Assembly: GCA_965230925.1 (NCBI GenBank)
Contig: OZ246403.1
Span: 458,455-522,454 of the forward strand
Length of the DNA stretch: 64,000 nt
Reading direction: 5' to 3'
Source: an uncultured Candidatus Saccharibacteria bacterium
GTDB taxonomy: Bacteria; Patescibacteriota; Minisyncoccia; Phycocordibacterales; JACOZG01
Position numbers and translations under genes: made by a program. This document shows positions 17,564 through 25,421 of this stretch, piece by piece. How positions within the stretch are numbered: position 1 is the first letter of the stretch; every line of letters starts with the position of its first letter. The notes under the pieces were generated by a model, which did no database searches, was not told the DNA's origin, and saw nothing but the letters and a program-made list of their open reading frames with translations.

Positions 17564-18421
17564 TTATACTGGTTTTTCTAAAAATTGCCAGACTTCAGGG
17601 GTAGTCGTCAAATTTTCATCAGTGGCGATTTTTCCTAAGACGAGGTTGATTTTGAGCCGCTTAATCGCTTGTTCGCGGAGACTTTCCCGGAGTTCGGCCT
17701 CAGTTTTCTTGATGTGATTTAAATAATCAGCAAACTTTGCCCCCAAGCGTTCGGTGTCGGCTTTCATTTCCTCAACCATTCGGGAGAGTTCATGGTCTAC
17801 CAAGAGCGGGGGAAGGGGTATGTCGAGTGGTTCGAGAATTTTTTCTACAATCGCTAAACGTTTCTTGTCCTCAGCCCGGTGTTTTTTGTCTTGCTCGATG
17901 CCTTGTTTTATTTTCTCCCGGATATTTTCGATTTTGAGTTTTTCTGGATCAATACGTTCAAGATCTTTTACCACCGTCTCAATTTCTTCTTCTGTTACTG
18001 CCACAGGCTCAGAAACAGCTGTCACAATTGGTTGAATTGATTTCCGGTAATCGCCAAGATTGATGGTTGGAAGCACGGCGGTGGTTAGCTTGAAGCCTAA
18101 TGGATTACCGGGAGCAAGTTTGGTAATAGTGACGGCTGGACCGCCAATAGCCTCGATATTCTTTTCTTTCAGAAATTGTGAGTAGAACCGATTGAGGGCA
18201 ATCCGGGCCATTTCCTCAAGAATGGGGGTATTACCAATTTTTTCTATTAATACCTTTTCTGGAATATGGCCAGGGCGAAATCCGGCAAGGGTAGTTTCCT
18301 CATTGAGTTTTTTCAACGCCTCTCGTCGACCCGATTCGAAATCGTCGGCGGAAATTTCGCCGACGATTTCGAGTTCCGAGTTTGGTAGCGATTTAATTTC
18401 CCAATTCAGTGTCGAGCTCAT
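17564..18421 (-). CDS. tig: Trigger factor lacking the PPIase domain
   Basis: Ribosome-binding loop GFRPGHIP; C-terminal domain LPPLLVDHEL..KINLVLGKIA; lies upstream of clpP; about 285 aa. Confidence 0.88.
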   Translation of the reverse strand: MSSTLNWEIKSLPNSELEIVGEISADDFESGRREALKKLNEETTLAGFRPGHIPEKVLIEKIGNTPILEEMARIALNRFYSQFLKEKNIEAIGGPAVTITKLAPGNPLGFKLTTAVLPTINLGDYRKSIQPIVTAVSEPVAVTEEEIETVVKDLERIDPEKLKIENIREKIKQGIEQDKKHRAEDKKRLAIVEKILEPLDIPLPPLLVDHELSRMVEEMKADTERLGAKFADYLNHIKKTEAELRESLREQAIKRLKINLVLGKIATDENLTTTPEVWQFLEKPV

Positions 18422-18698
18422 TAAAGGCGGCGTCAATTTCGGTCATTCCCTCGAGGGTGGTCGCGTCTTGCTCTAAGGTGCCCAAATCCTCGGTCGCTTC
18501 GGGAGTTGGGGTAGTGTTTTCTTCCATACCAGCTCCGCTTTCAATTGGTGTTGGGGTTTGAGTTTCTTCTCGAGAAGCTAGAAGGTAAATTGCCCCAATG
18601 ACAACAATCAGGATAACGATAATGGTGCCGACCATTGAACCTTTTGGTTTATCGGCGGCAACTCCGGGTTGGAACATATTGTTTTGATCTCCGTTCAT
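18393..18698 (-). CDS. Hypothetical single-pass membrane protein with acidic tail
   Basis: TM GTIIVILIVVIGAIYLL, then T/E-rich tail. Confidence 0.7.
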   Translation of the reverse strand: MNGDQNNMFQPGVAADKPKGSMVGTIIVILIVVIGAIYLLASREETQTPTPIESGAGMEENTTPTPEATEDLGTLEQDATTLEGMTEIDAAFNELDTELGN

Positions 18699-18720
18699 GG
18701 TGAATATGGTTAGTGAATAA

Positions 18721-19206
18721 TTATAAAGCGCGGAGGAGTTTAATTGCCTCCATTAGTTTTTGCCGTGCCATTTGCACTGCCTCTCTTGCTTGATTGAGTT
18801 CCTCACGCACACCTTTGAAGCCTGGGCGAATGTCTGTGGCTGTGGCGGCGGCGGCAACCTTAGCCTCAATTCCTTGAATAGTTTCCTTCGCTTTCGTTAA
18901 CGCGGCCCCAGCTTCTTGTAGAAGTCCTTTTGCGGTAGAAACATCTTTACCCTCAGCTTCGAGCTTGGCGAGGTGGCTGTTTAACCGAGTGGTAATCCCA
19001 TCAATTCGGGCGGTTACTGCCCGGAAGTGGGTAAGTAAGCGGGTAATATTACCTTGCAGACGACCCAATCTAGCCTCACGGGTATTTTCCACCACTTCTT
19101 GAGTTCTAGTACGCAGACTTGATTCTTGGGCTCCGGCTCTCGATAGCCCCACCAGTCCAAAAACCATCACAAACACTAGTCCAGCAATAATTTTTTTTCT
19201 TTTCAT
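18721..19206 (-). CDS. Hypothetical secreted helical/coiled-coil protein
   Basis: Start reassigned to MKRKKIIAGLVF (19206); signal peptide, amphipathic helices. Confidence 0.72.
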   Translation of the reverse strand: MKRKKIIAGLVFVMVFGLVGLSRAGAQESSLRTRTQEVVENTREARLGRLQGNITRLLTHFRAVTARIDGITTRLNSHLAKLEAEGKDVSTAKGLLQEAGAALTKAKETIQGIEAKVAAAATATDIRPGFKGVREELNQAREAVQMARQKLMEAIKLLRAL

Positions 19207-19216
19207 AACGCCAATG

Positions 19217-19741
19217 TTAGGCGACTTTCTTCGCCTTGTAAAGCGCCATCCCTTTCTCAAAAACCGCCTCCGCTTCGGCTTTATTGCCAAAGCCTTTTAC
19301 CTCCACCACCTTATTTTGCAGTTTCTTGTAGGTAGAGTAGAAATGTTCAATTTCTTTAAGGGTGTGAGGGTTAATGTCGGTTAGATTTTGCACCTTTTCC
19401 CACCGAGGATCATCTGTAGGTACGGCAATAATTTTGTCGTCACTATCGCCGCTATCAACCATCCGCAAAACAGCGATTGGTCGCGCTCGCACCAAGATGC
19501 CGGGTAAGAGAGGATAAGTAGTAAGGAGAATGACATCCACAGCATCCCCGTCTTCCCAGAGGGTTTGAGGAATAAAACCGTAGTCAAAAGGGAAGTCCTG
19601 GGCGGTATGTGCTACGCGATCAAGAGCGATTATGCCAGTTTCCTTATCAATCTCGTACTTATTCTTCGAGCCTTTGTTGATTTCAATAATTACATTGATG
19701 GCTGATTTATCGCCAGCCGAGAGATCATGCAATAGGTTCAT
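19217..19741 (-). CDS. ppa: Inorganic pyrophosphatase (family I)
   Basis: KNKYEIDK, YGFIPQTLWEDGDAVD, DDKII. Confidence 0.96.
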   Translation of the reverse strand: MNLLHDLSAGDKSAINVIIEINKGSKNKYEIDKETGIIALDRVAHTAQDFPFDYGFIPQTLWEDGDAVDVILLTTYPLLPGILVRARPIAVLRMVDSGDSDDKIIAVPTDDPRWEKVQNLTDINPHTLKEIEHFYSTYKKLQNKVVEVKGFGNKAEAEAVFEKGMALYKAKKVA

Positions 19742-20906
19742 CTTGTTTGTTTTCTTCTGTTTTAGTTGCTAATTCAGGCTTGTCTGCTGGTATGGCCGGT
19801 CCTACGATATCAATTCTCCAACCAGTAAGTTTAGCGGCGAGTCGGGCATTCTGGCCACCACGACCGACCGCGAGCGAGAATTGATCGGGGTCAACCTCAA
19901 TTTTGGCTTCTCGAGCCTCTTCTTTAAGGCTAATAGACTTAATCTTGGCCGGGGCGAGGGAGTTCCCGATAAATACTTCCGGATTTTCTGACCATTCAAT
20001 AATATCAATTTTTTCGCCGCCGAGCTCGCTGATAACTGTGTTGACCCGGACGCCACGACCGCCAACACAAGAGCCAACTGGATCAATCTTTCGATCCTTT
20101 GAAGAAACAGCAATTTTTGTTCGTGAGCCGGCTTCCCGAGCAATGGAGCGGATTTCGACAATACCAGAAGCAATTTCTGGCGCCTCTTGAGCAAAGAGTT
20201 GCTCAACGAACTTGGGGTGAGATCGGGAAAGCTTAAGATTTACACCGCGCGGCGTTTCTTCTACGGCGTAGAGATAAGCGCGAATGCGTTCGCCCTGACG
20301 ATAATATTCACCTGGCATTTGTTCCTCGTAGGGGAGAATGGCGGTGGTGCGGCCGAGATCAACAAAGACATTGCCTCGCTCCAGTTTTTGCACCTTACCG
20401 GTAATTATTTCACCTTGGCGATCAGTATATTCATCAAGAACCGAGGCTCGTTCGGCTTCCCGAATCCGCTGAACAATTACTTGTTTGGCGGTTTGGGCGG
20501 CAATACGACCGAAGTCGTCCTTAGTCTCGAGTGGGAAAATCAATTCCTCTCCTAGCTCCGCATCGCGTTTAATCTTGCGCGCGTCCTCAAGCATAATGTG
20601 TTGCTCTTCATTGAAAAATACTTTTTCTGGCCTAATTTCTCCTTCGGTTACTGCCTCATCTGGTTCGGTTTCCTCGTCCTCGGTCTTCAACATTGATTCA
20701 TCAACAACAATTTTTACCTGCAGGAACTCGGTTTTGCCACTGGCGAGATCAAATCGGGCGCGAATAATCTGACCTCGATGGCCATAATCTTTCTTATAGG
20801 CGGCAGTTAAGGCGTCCTCAATGGCGCCCATAATTTTGGCTTTAGGAATTCCGCGCTCTTCCTCAAGTTGCTCGAGGGCGGAGTTCATTACTTTTAAATC
20901 AATCAT
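19725..20906 (-). CDS. nusA: Transcription factor NusA
   Basis: FGRIAAQTAKQVI, AREAGSRTKIAV, VGRGGQNARLAAKLTGW; start MIDLK at 20906. Confidence 0.97.
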   Translation of the reverse strand: MIDLKVMNSALEQLEEERGIPKAKIMGAIEDALTAAYKKDYGHRGQIIRARFDLASGKTEFLQVKIVVDESMLKTEDEETEPDEAVTEGEIRPEKVFFNEEQHIMLEDARKIKRDAELGEELIFPLETKDDFGRIAAQTAKQVIVQRIREAERASVLDEYTDRQGEIITGKVQKLERGNVFVDLGRTTAILPYEEQMPGEYYRQGERIRAYLYAVEETPRGVNLKLSRSHPKFVEQLFAQEAPEIASGIVEIRSIAREAGSRTKIAVSSKDRKIDPVGSCVGGRGVRVNTVISELGGEKIDIIEWSENPEVFIGNSLAPAKIKSISLKEEAREAKIEVDPDQFSLAVGRGGQNARLAAKLTGWRIDIVGPAIPADKPELATKTEENKQDEPIA

Positions 20907-20927
20907 GATGATATGGGTTAATTTAAC

Positions 20928-20995
20928 AAAAATGTCCGGCAAGCCGGACACCTCTCAGACCACCGGATTTTAGGCGATTCAGCACTGCTTGTCAA
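20928..20995 (-). promoter_or_regulatory. nusA sigma70 promoter with leader terminator/attenuator
   Basis: TTGACA (20995-20990), 17 nt, TAAAAT (20972-20967), then hairpin TGTCCGGC-tt-GCCGGACA and TTTTT before the ATG. Confidence 0.75.
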
Positions 20996-21051
20996 ATATT
21001 GTGAGTTATCAACAGTCATTCACCCCCCTCTTGTTGCTATAATTCCTCTTA

Positions 21052-21369
21052 ATGATTCGTCAAGAGGATTTACCCCAGAAAACTCATCACCCCATAATTA
21101 TTGTTTGCATTATTATTCTTGTTATTTTAATCGTGATTTTCTTGTCTCATTTATGGTGGCAAAAATGGGGTTTACCCGGAGGTGGCCAAGAGGGCAATGG
21201 CGCCATGACCGATGATCGCCGAGCTGAGATTCTTGAGAGTCTCCGTTCGGATCAGCCACCGCTCTCTGAGGAGAAGCGTCAGCAGATTCTCGAGAGCTTA
21301 GAAGTGGCACCAGGCCAGGGGACGATGACAGAAGCAGAGAGGCTAGAAATTTTAGAATCATTAGAATAA
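21052..21369 (+). CDS. Small membrane-anchored protein with three RxxILESL repeats
   Basis: N-terminal TM; MTDDRRAEILESL, LSEEKRQQILESL, MTEAERLEILESL. Confidence 0.75.
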   Translation: MIRQEDLPQKTHHPIIIVCIIILVILIVIFLSHLWWQKWGLPGGGQEGNGAMTDDRRAEILESLRSDQPPLSEEKRQQILESLEVAPGQGTMTEAERLEILESLE

Positions 21370-21373
21370 AAAT

Positions 21374-23014
21374 ATGAAAAATAAATTTTTTGATACGGTG
21401 CGAATTGTGTTTTTGGCCTTGCTTCTCGCTCTTGGTACGAGCTATGCCTTAGCCGATTGGGATAATGCACCTGGCAATCCTCCAGATTGCCCCAACTCTA
21501 TTGAAGGGTGCAACACACCAGTAAATATCAGTGGAGTTGACCAAGTAAAAGATGGGGGCCTCAGTGTCGGTAGTCTCTCCGTAGATGGAGGTGCGATGAT
21601 TCTTGGTGGAGTTACTTCCTCGGTTCCTACACCGATCTTCGAGCTTGCTCTTCGAGCCCTTGGTCGCATTGGTGCTACTGAGTACTGTGATCGTGATGGG
21701 ACAAGTTGTTATCCTATTAGTGCTTTAGTGGGTGGAGATGGCGGCCCGGGTGATCCTCCTGGTAACACAACTTGGACGCAAGTAGGTAATAATCAGTACT
21801 CTAGTTTGTCTGGCAATGTGGGCATTGGTCAAAGCAACCCAACGTCTAAACTGGATGTTTACACTGAAAGTAATGATGCGACCGCTCTTCGGGTAAGAAA
21901 TTGGGGCACTGGGTCAAACACTTACGGTGTTCATATTAGCACCGGAGGAACAGGTGGGGCGGGTACCGCTTTGTATGTGGCCGGTAACGCTGTTGGAGGA
22001 GGGAAGGCGATTGTAGTACCCAGCACTGGTGGCCCAGTAGAGATAAACAGCAGTTTGTGTTTAGGTTCTAGTTCTAATCCTGCAAATTGCAAATCAACTT
22101 GGGGTAGTTCGTCGGGTGACAATTTGGGTAATCACATTGCAACAGACAATATTGAGTTGAACGGCAAATGGTTGAGTAATGATGGTGATGATGAAGGAAT
22201 TCAAGTTTCTAATGCGGGTAACGTTAGAATTGGTCCTGAAATAAGTTCGACCAATAATTTTAAACTGGAAGTAAATGGTGATATTCAGACGAATGGAAGC
22301 TTAAGGTTAGAGGGCACTGGTAGTTTGTTTTTACCTACAGGAGCCGGAATCGGCAAGGTGCTTACTTCTAATGGCCCAGGGCTGGCTGCTTGGGAAAACA
22401 ATTTAGCTGACCATGGTGCCAATGAAAATATTAGACTTAGTACCTACTATTTATCTGGTGATGGCGGTGACGAAGGAATGAAGATCAGTGGTACAGGTGT
22501 TGCTACCTTTAGTAATGATGTGGACATTGTGGGCACGGGAGGAGAAAAAGGGGATTTGTTTGTCGAAGAAGATTTGACGGTAGGGAGAGACTTTGTTTTG
22601 GCTAATGGTTTCAATTTGAATGGTGAACTAAGGCCAGACAGTGTTACGTGTGGCAATAATCAAACTATTAGAAAAACTGGCGCAAATGATTGGGATTGTG
22701 TTACTTGGCCAAGTTCGTCTTCAGGTCGCTGGAAGGAGAACGTGAAGACGTTGACTGGAGCTTTGGACTCCGTGCTTAATCTCCGGGGGGTTTCTTATAC
22801 TTGGGATAAAGAACATGGCGGTAAACAAGACATTGGTTTAATTGCTGAAGAAGTGGGGAAAATTGTTCCTGAAGCGGTTGAGTGGGAAACAAATGGTAAA
22901 GACGCTCGTGGTGTGGAGTATGGTCACCTAGTCGGACTACTTGTTGAGGCTATTAAAGACCAACAGCAACAGATAGAAGACCTAAAAGCGAAAGTTAACT
23001 CTCTTGAAAATTAG
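21374..23014 (+). CDS. Exported fibre-like protein with C-terminal peptidase S74 intramolecular chaperone domain
   Basis: Signal peptide (ALA|DW); GNVGIG..P..KLDV fibre repeats; SSGRWKENV..LRGVSYTW..IGLIAEEV..PEAV..VEYGHLVGLLVEAIK followed by coiled coil. Confidence 0.85.
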   Translation: MKNKFFDTVRIVFLALLLALGTSYALADWDNAPGNPPDCPNSIEGCNTPVNISGVDQVKDGGLSVGSLSVDGGAMILGGVTSSVPTPIFELALRALGRIGATEYCDRDGTSCYPISALVGGDGGPGDPPGNTTWTQVGNNQYSSLSGNVGIGQSNPTSKLDVYTESNDATALRVRNWGTGSNTYGVHISTGGTGGAGTALYVAGNAVGGGKAIVVPSTGGPVEINSSLCLGSSSNPANCKSTWGSSSGDNLGNHIATDNIELNGKWLSNDGDDEGIQVSNAGNVRIGPEISSTNNFKLEVNGDIQTNGSLRLEGTGSLFLPTGAGIGKVLTSNGPGLAAWENNLADHGANENIRLSTYYLSGDGGDEGMKISGTGVATFSNDVDIVGTGGEKGDLFVEEDLTVGRDFVLANGFNLNGELRPDSVTCGNNQTIRKTGANDWDCVTWPSSSSGRWKENVKTLTGALDSVLNLRGVSYTWDKEHGGKQDIGLIAEEVGKIVPEAVEWETNGKDARGVEYGHLVGLLVEAIKDQQQQIEDLKAKVNSLEN

Positions 23015-23024
23015 TTTTTAACCC

Positions 23025-23078
23025 ATGTCTTGCGAGCATAAATTCAAATTGACCGAAGGTGGCGGGTTGTTACAATAA
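23025..23078 (+). pseudogene. Remnant 5' end of a paralogue of the 23450 fibre gene
   Basis: Translates MSCEHKFKLTEGGGLLQ* versus MSQEKKFKLTQ at 23450; shares TTTTTAACCCATGTCT. Confidence 0.65.
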
Positions 23079-23082
23079 GTAT

Positions 23083-23439
23083 ATGGGAAAAGAAATCACA
23101 CTCGAATCTCTTGATAATAAGATAGATAGCAAATTTGGCACGCTTGATTCTAAGTTTACATCCCTTGATGCCAAGTTTAATTCCCTCGACACGAAATTTG
23201 ATGTGCTTCAGGAAGTCTTACAAGACAACTTTAAGATTATTGCTGAGCAGTTTAAGACGGTAAATGAGAAGTTAGACCGACACGAAGTGAAACTGGACCA
23301 ACACGACAAGAGATTTGATCAAATTGAGATTAGATTAGATGAACATGAAAGAAAACTCGACTCTTTGACGGAAGTAGTTGGTGATATTAAAGTCGAAGTT
23401 ATGGGCTTGAACCACAGAGTAGAAGTTTTAGAAAAATAA
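23083..23439 (+). CDS. Heptad-repeat coiled-coil protein
   Basis: KFGTLDS/KFTSLDA/KFNSLDT/KFDVLQE and LDRHEVK/LDQHDKR/LDEHERK; promoter TTGACC-16-TACAAT with ATG 6 nt downstream. Confidence 0.8.
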   Translation: MGKEITLESLDNKIDSKFGTLDSKFTSLDAKFNSLDTKFDVLQEVLQDNFKIIAEQFKTVNEKLDRHEVKLDQHDKRFDQIEIRLDEHERKLDSLTEVVGDIKVEVMGLNHRVEVLEK

Positions 23440-23449
23440 TTTTTAACCC

Positions 23450-25363
23450 ATGTCTCAAGAGAAAAAATTTAAATTAACGCAAACCCTAAAAGTTGTTTTT
23501 CTTGGCCTGATTTTGGGCTTGGGAATTAATGTGGCTTTGGCTCAATGGGTGCCCCCAGGATTTAATCCAACCAACTGCCCTAGCACTACCGAAGGGTGCA
23601 ATACACCAATTAATCGTTCTGCTGTAAACCAGATTAAAGATGGTAGTTTGGGTATTGGCGGCATCCTCAATGTTCAAGGGGCCATTAAAGCCAGTTCAAC
23701 AATTTATTTTGACGGGGATTTGGTGCCCCGGGGGATGGTGCCATGCGACGTTTCTACTGGAGGCAAGACTGTTTATAAAGATACAGACGGTATATGGAAG
23801 TGTACTAGTTTTGCCCCCTCATTTTGGAAGTTAGATACTGCTACTGTGGGTGATACCAATGACATTACTACAGACATAGCAAGAAATGTAAATTTACCTA
23901 ATACTGTTGCGAGTGGTGGAGTTGCTACAGCCGGCGTTCTCAGGTTCGGCGCCACTGATTTTTTGCATAATTATGGAACCAACAATCTGTTTCTTGGTGC
24001 CAATGCGGGTAACTACACAATGTCCGGATCGGTTAATACGGGGATTGGATTGCAGTCTTTAGACAATAATACTTCCGGTTCTTACAACGTAGCGGTGGGT
24101 CAATTGGCTTCAGGATCAAACTCGTCTGGTTCCTACAACGTAGCGGTGGGCAGGAGAGCCTTAAACTCCAATGTTTCTGGTTCTGGTAACGTAGCTGTTG
24201 GTGATGAGGCTCTTTTTTCTAATACATCAGCCTCAAGCACAGCGGTTGGTTATCAGGCGCTGATGTCAAATACAATTGGCGCCCAAAACGTTGCTGTTGG
24301 TCACCGTGCAATATACGGCAATATTAACGGAAACAGAAACACCGGTGTTGGTTATCAGGCGCTTAGCACTGGTTCAGGAGCTACCTTTGTTGATAACACA
24401 GCGGTGGGTTGGAATTCGCTCGCAAGTACCACTGTTTCTGGGTACAACACTGCTATGGGTAGCGACTCTTTGAGAGTCAATACAACGGGAAGTTACAATA
24501 CTGCGCTTGGTTATCAGTCTTTATTTAATAATGTGGACAAGGGTTACAACACCGCTGTTGGCTATCAGGCTCTTTACTCTAATGATGGCGGGGCGCCATT
24601 TACCGCAGAAAACAATACCGCAGTTGGAAATCGTGCTTTACAGTTCAATACAGCTGGTCAAAGAAATGTGGCCGTTGGTAGTAACGCCATGACTAAGAGT
24701 GACTTTGGTAATGACAACGTTGCCATTGGATATCAAGCCCTAACTAGTTCCACCGTGAGTGTGAATCCGGATGTCGACCAAAATGTGGCCGTTGGTAGTA
24801 ACGCCCTTACTCTGGCCAACAATGACTCTGCTGACAATAATACCGCTGTGGGACACCAAACACTGGACGCTTTAACTGACGGAAACTCTAACACCGCTCT
24901 TGGTTCTGGCGCTGGTGGATCGGTGACTACTGGTCAGAGAAATGTTTTTGCCGGCGCCTTTTCTGGCGCTGGTGGTAATCCGGTGACTACGGGCGGAGAC
25001 TCTGCTACTGGTGGAAACACGTTGCTTGGTTATGGGGCGGGTTTTGCTGGCGTGAGCACTCAATACAATAACGCTACGGCTGTTGGCTACCAGGCTTTAG
25101 TAGGAGCAAGTAATGCTATGGTTTTAGGTAACGACAGTGTGAATGTTGGTATCAGAACCACAGCACCTGGAGATGTGTTGCAAATTGGTGATGGTACTGC
25201 AGACGCTGCGTATTACCTTCGTCTTGATGTTATTTCCACTTCAATTACGGGTAACCCCTGTTCTTTTCCTGGAAGAATGATCCTTTCTACTACAGGTGGT
25301 ACCGACGGAACCCTCTATGTTTGTGGGCGTAATAGCACTTGGCGCGCTGTATTACTTCCTTAG
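23450..25363 (+). CDS. Exported beta-roll/beta-helix fibre (adhesin-like) protein
   Basis: Signal peptide (ALA|QW); more than 20 N(T/V)A(V/L)G..AL..N repeats of about 14 residues, resembling trimeric adhesin heads. Confidence 0.82.
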   Translation: MSQEKKFKLTQTLKVVFLGLILGLGINVALAQWVPPGFNPTNCPSTTEGCNTPINRSAVNQIKDGSLGIGGILNVQGAIKASSTIYFDGDLVPRGMVPCDVSTGGKTVYKDTDGIWKCTSFAPSFWKLDTATVGDTNDITTDIARNVNLPNTVASGGVATAGVLRFGATDFLHNYGTNNLFLGANAGNYTMSGSVNTGIGLQSLDNNTSGSYNVAVGQLASGSNSSGSYNVAVGRRALNSNVSGSGNVAVGDEALFSNTSASSTAVGYQALMSNTIGAQNVAVGHRAIYGNINGNRNTGVGYQALSTGSGATFVDNTAVGWNSLASTTVSGYNTAMGSDSLRVNTTGSYNTALGYQSLFNNVDKGYNTAVGYQALYSNDGGAPFTAENNTAVGNRALQFNTAGQRNVAVGSNAMTKSDFGNDNVAIGYQALTSSTVSVNPDVDQNVAVGSNALTLANNDSADNNTAVGHQTLDALTDGNSNTALGSGAGGSVTTGQRNVFAGAFSGAGGNPVTTGGDSATGGNTLLGYGAGFAGVSTQYNNATAVGYQALVGASNAMVLGNDSVNVGIRTTAPGDVLQIGDGTADAAYYLRLDVISTSITGNPCSFPGRMILSTTGGTDGTLYVCGRNSTWRAVLLP

Positions 25364-25421
25364 TATTTTATTGTTGGTTTCAGTGGAAAAACTAATTTAG
25401 TGCTCATGCTATAATTTTTGC

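Noticed and set aside
17546-17574. dif-like site AATTAACATAA-TGCGGGA-TTATACTGGTT, of interest because an Xer recombinase is in the window
   Set aside because: The spacer is 7 bp rather than 6, the second arm is poor, and the sequence is explained by the clpP -10 box, its start codons and the tig stop.
23900-25150. Periodic ~42-nt repeats as a CRISPR array or DGR template/variable repeat
   Set aside because: Degenerate in-frame protein repeats; no constant repeat with unique spacers, no adenine-specific mismatched pair noticed, and no cas or reverse transcriptase gene.
21374-25363. Prophage tail module
   Set aside because: Both proteins carry Sec signals, and there are no capsid, terminase, portal or integrase genes.
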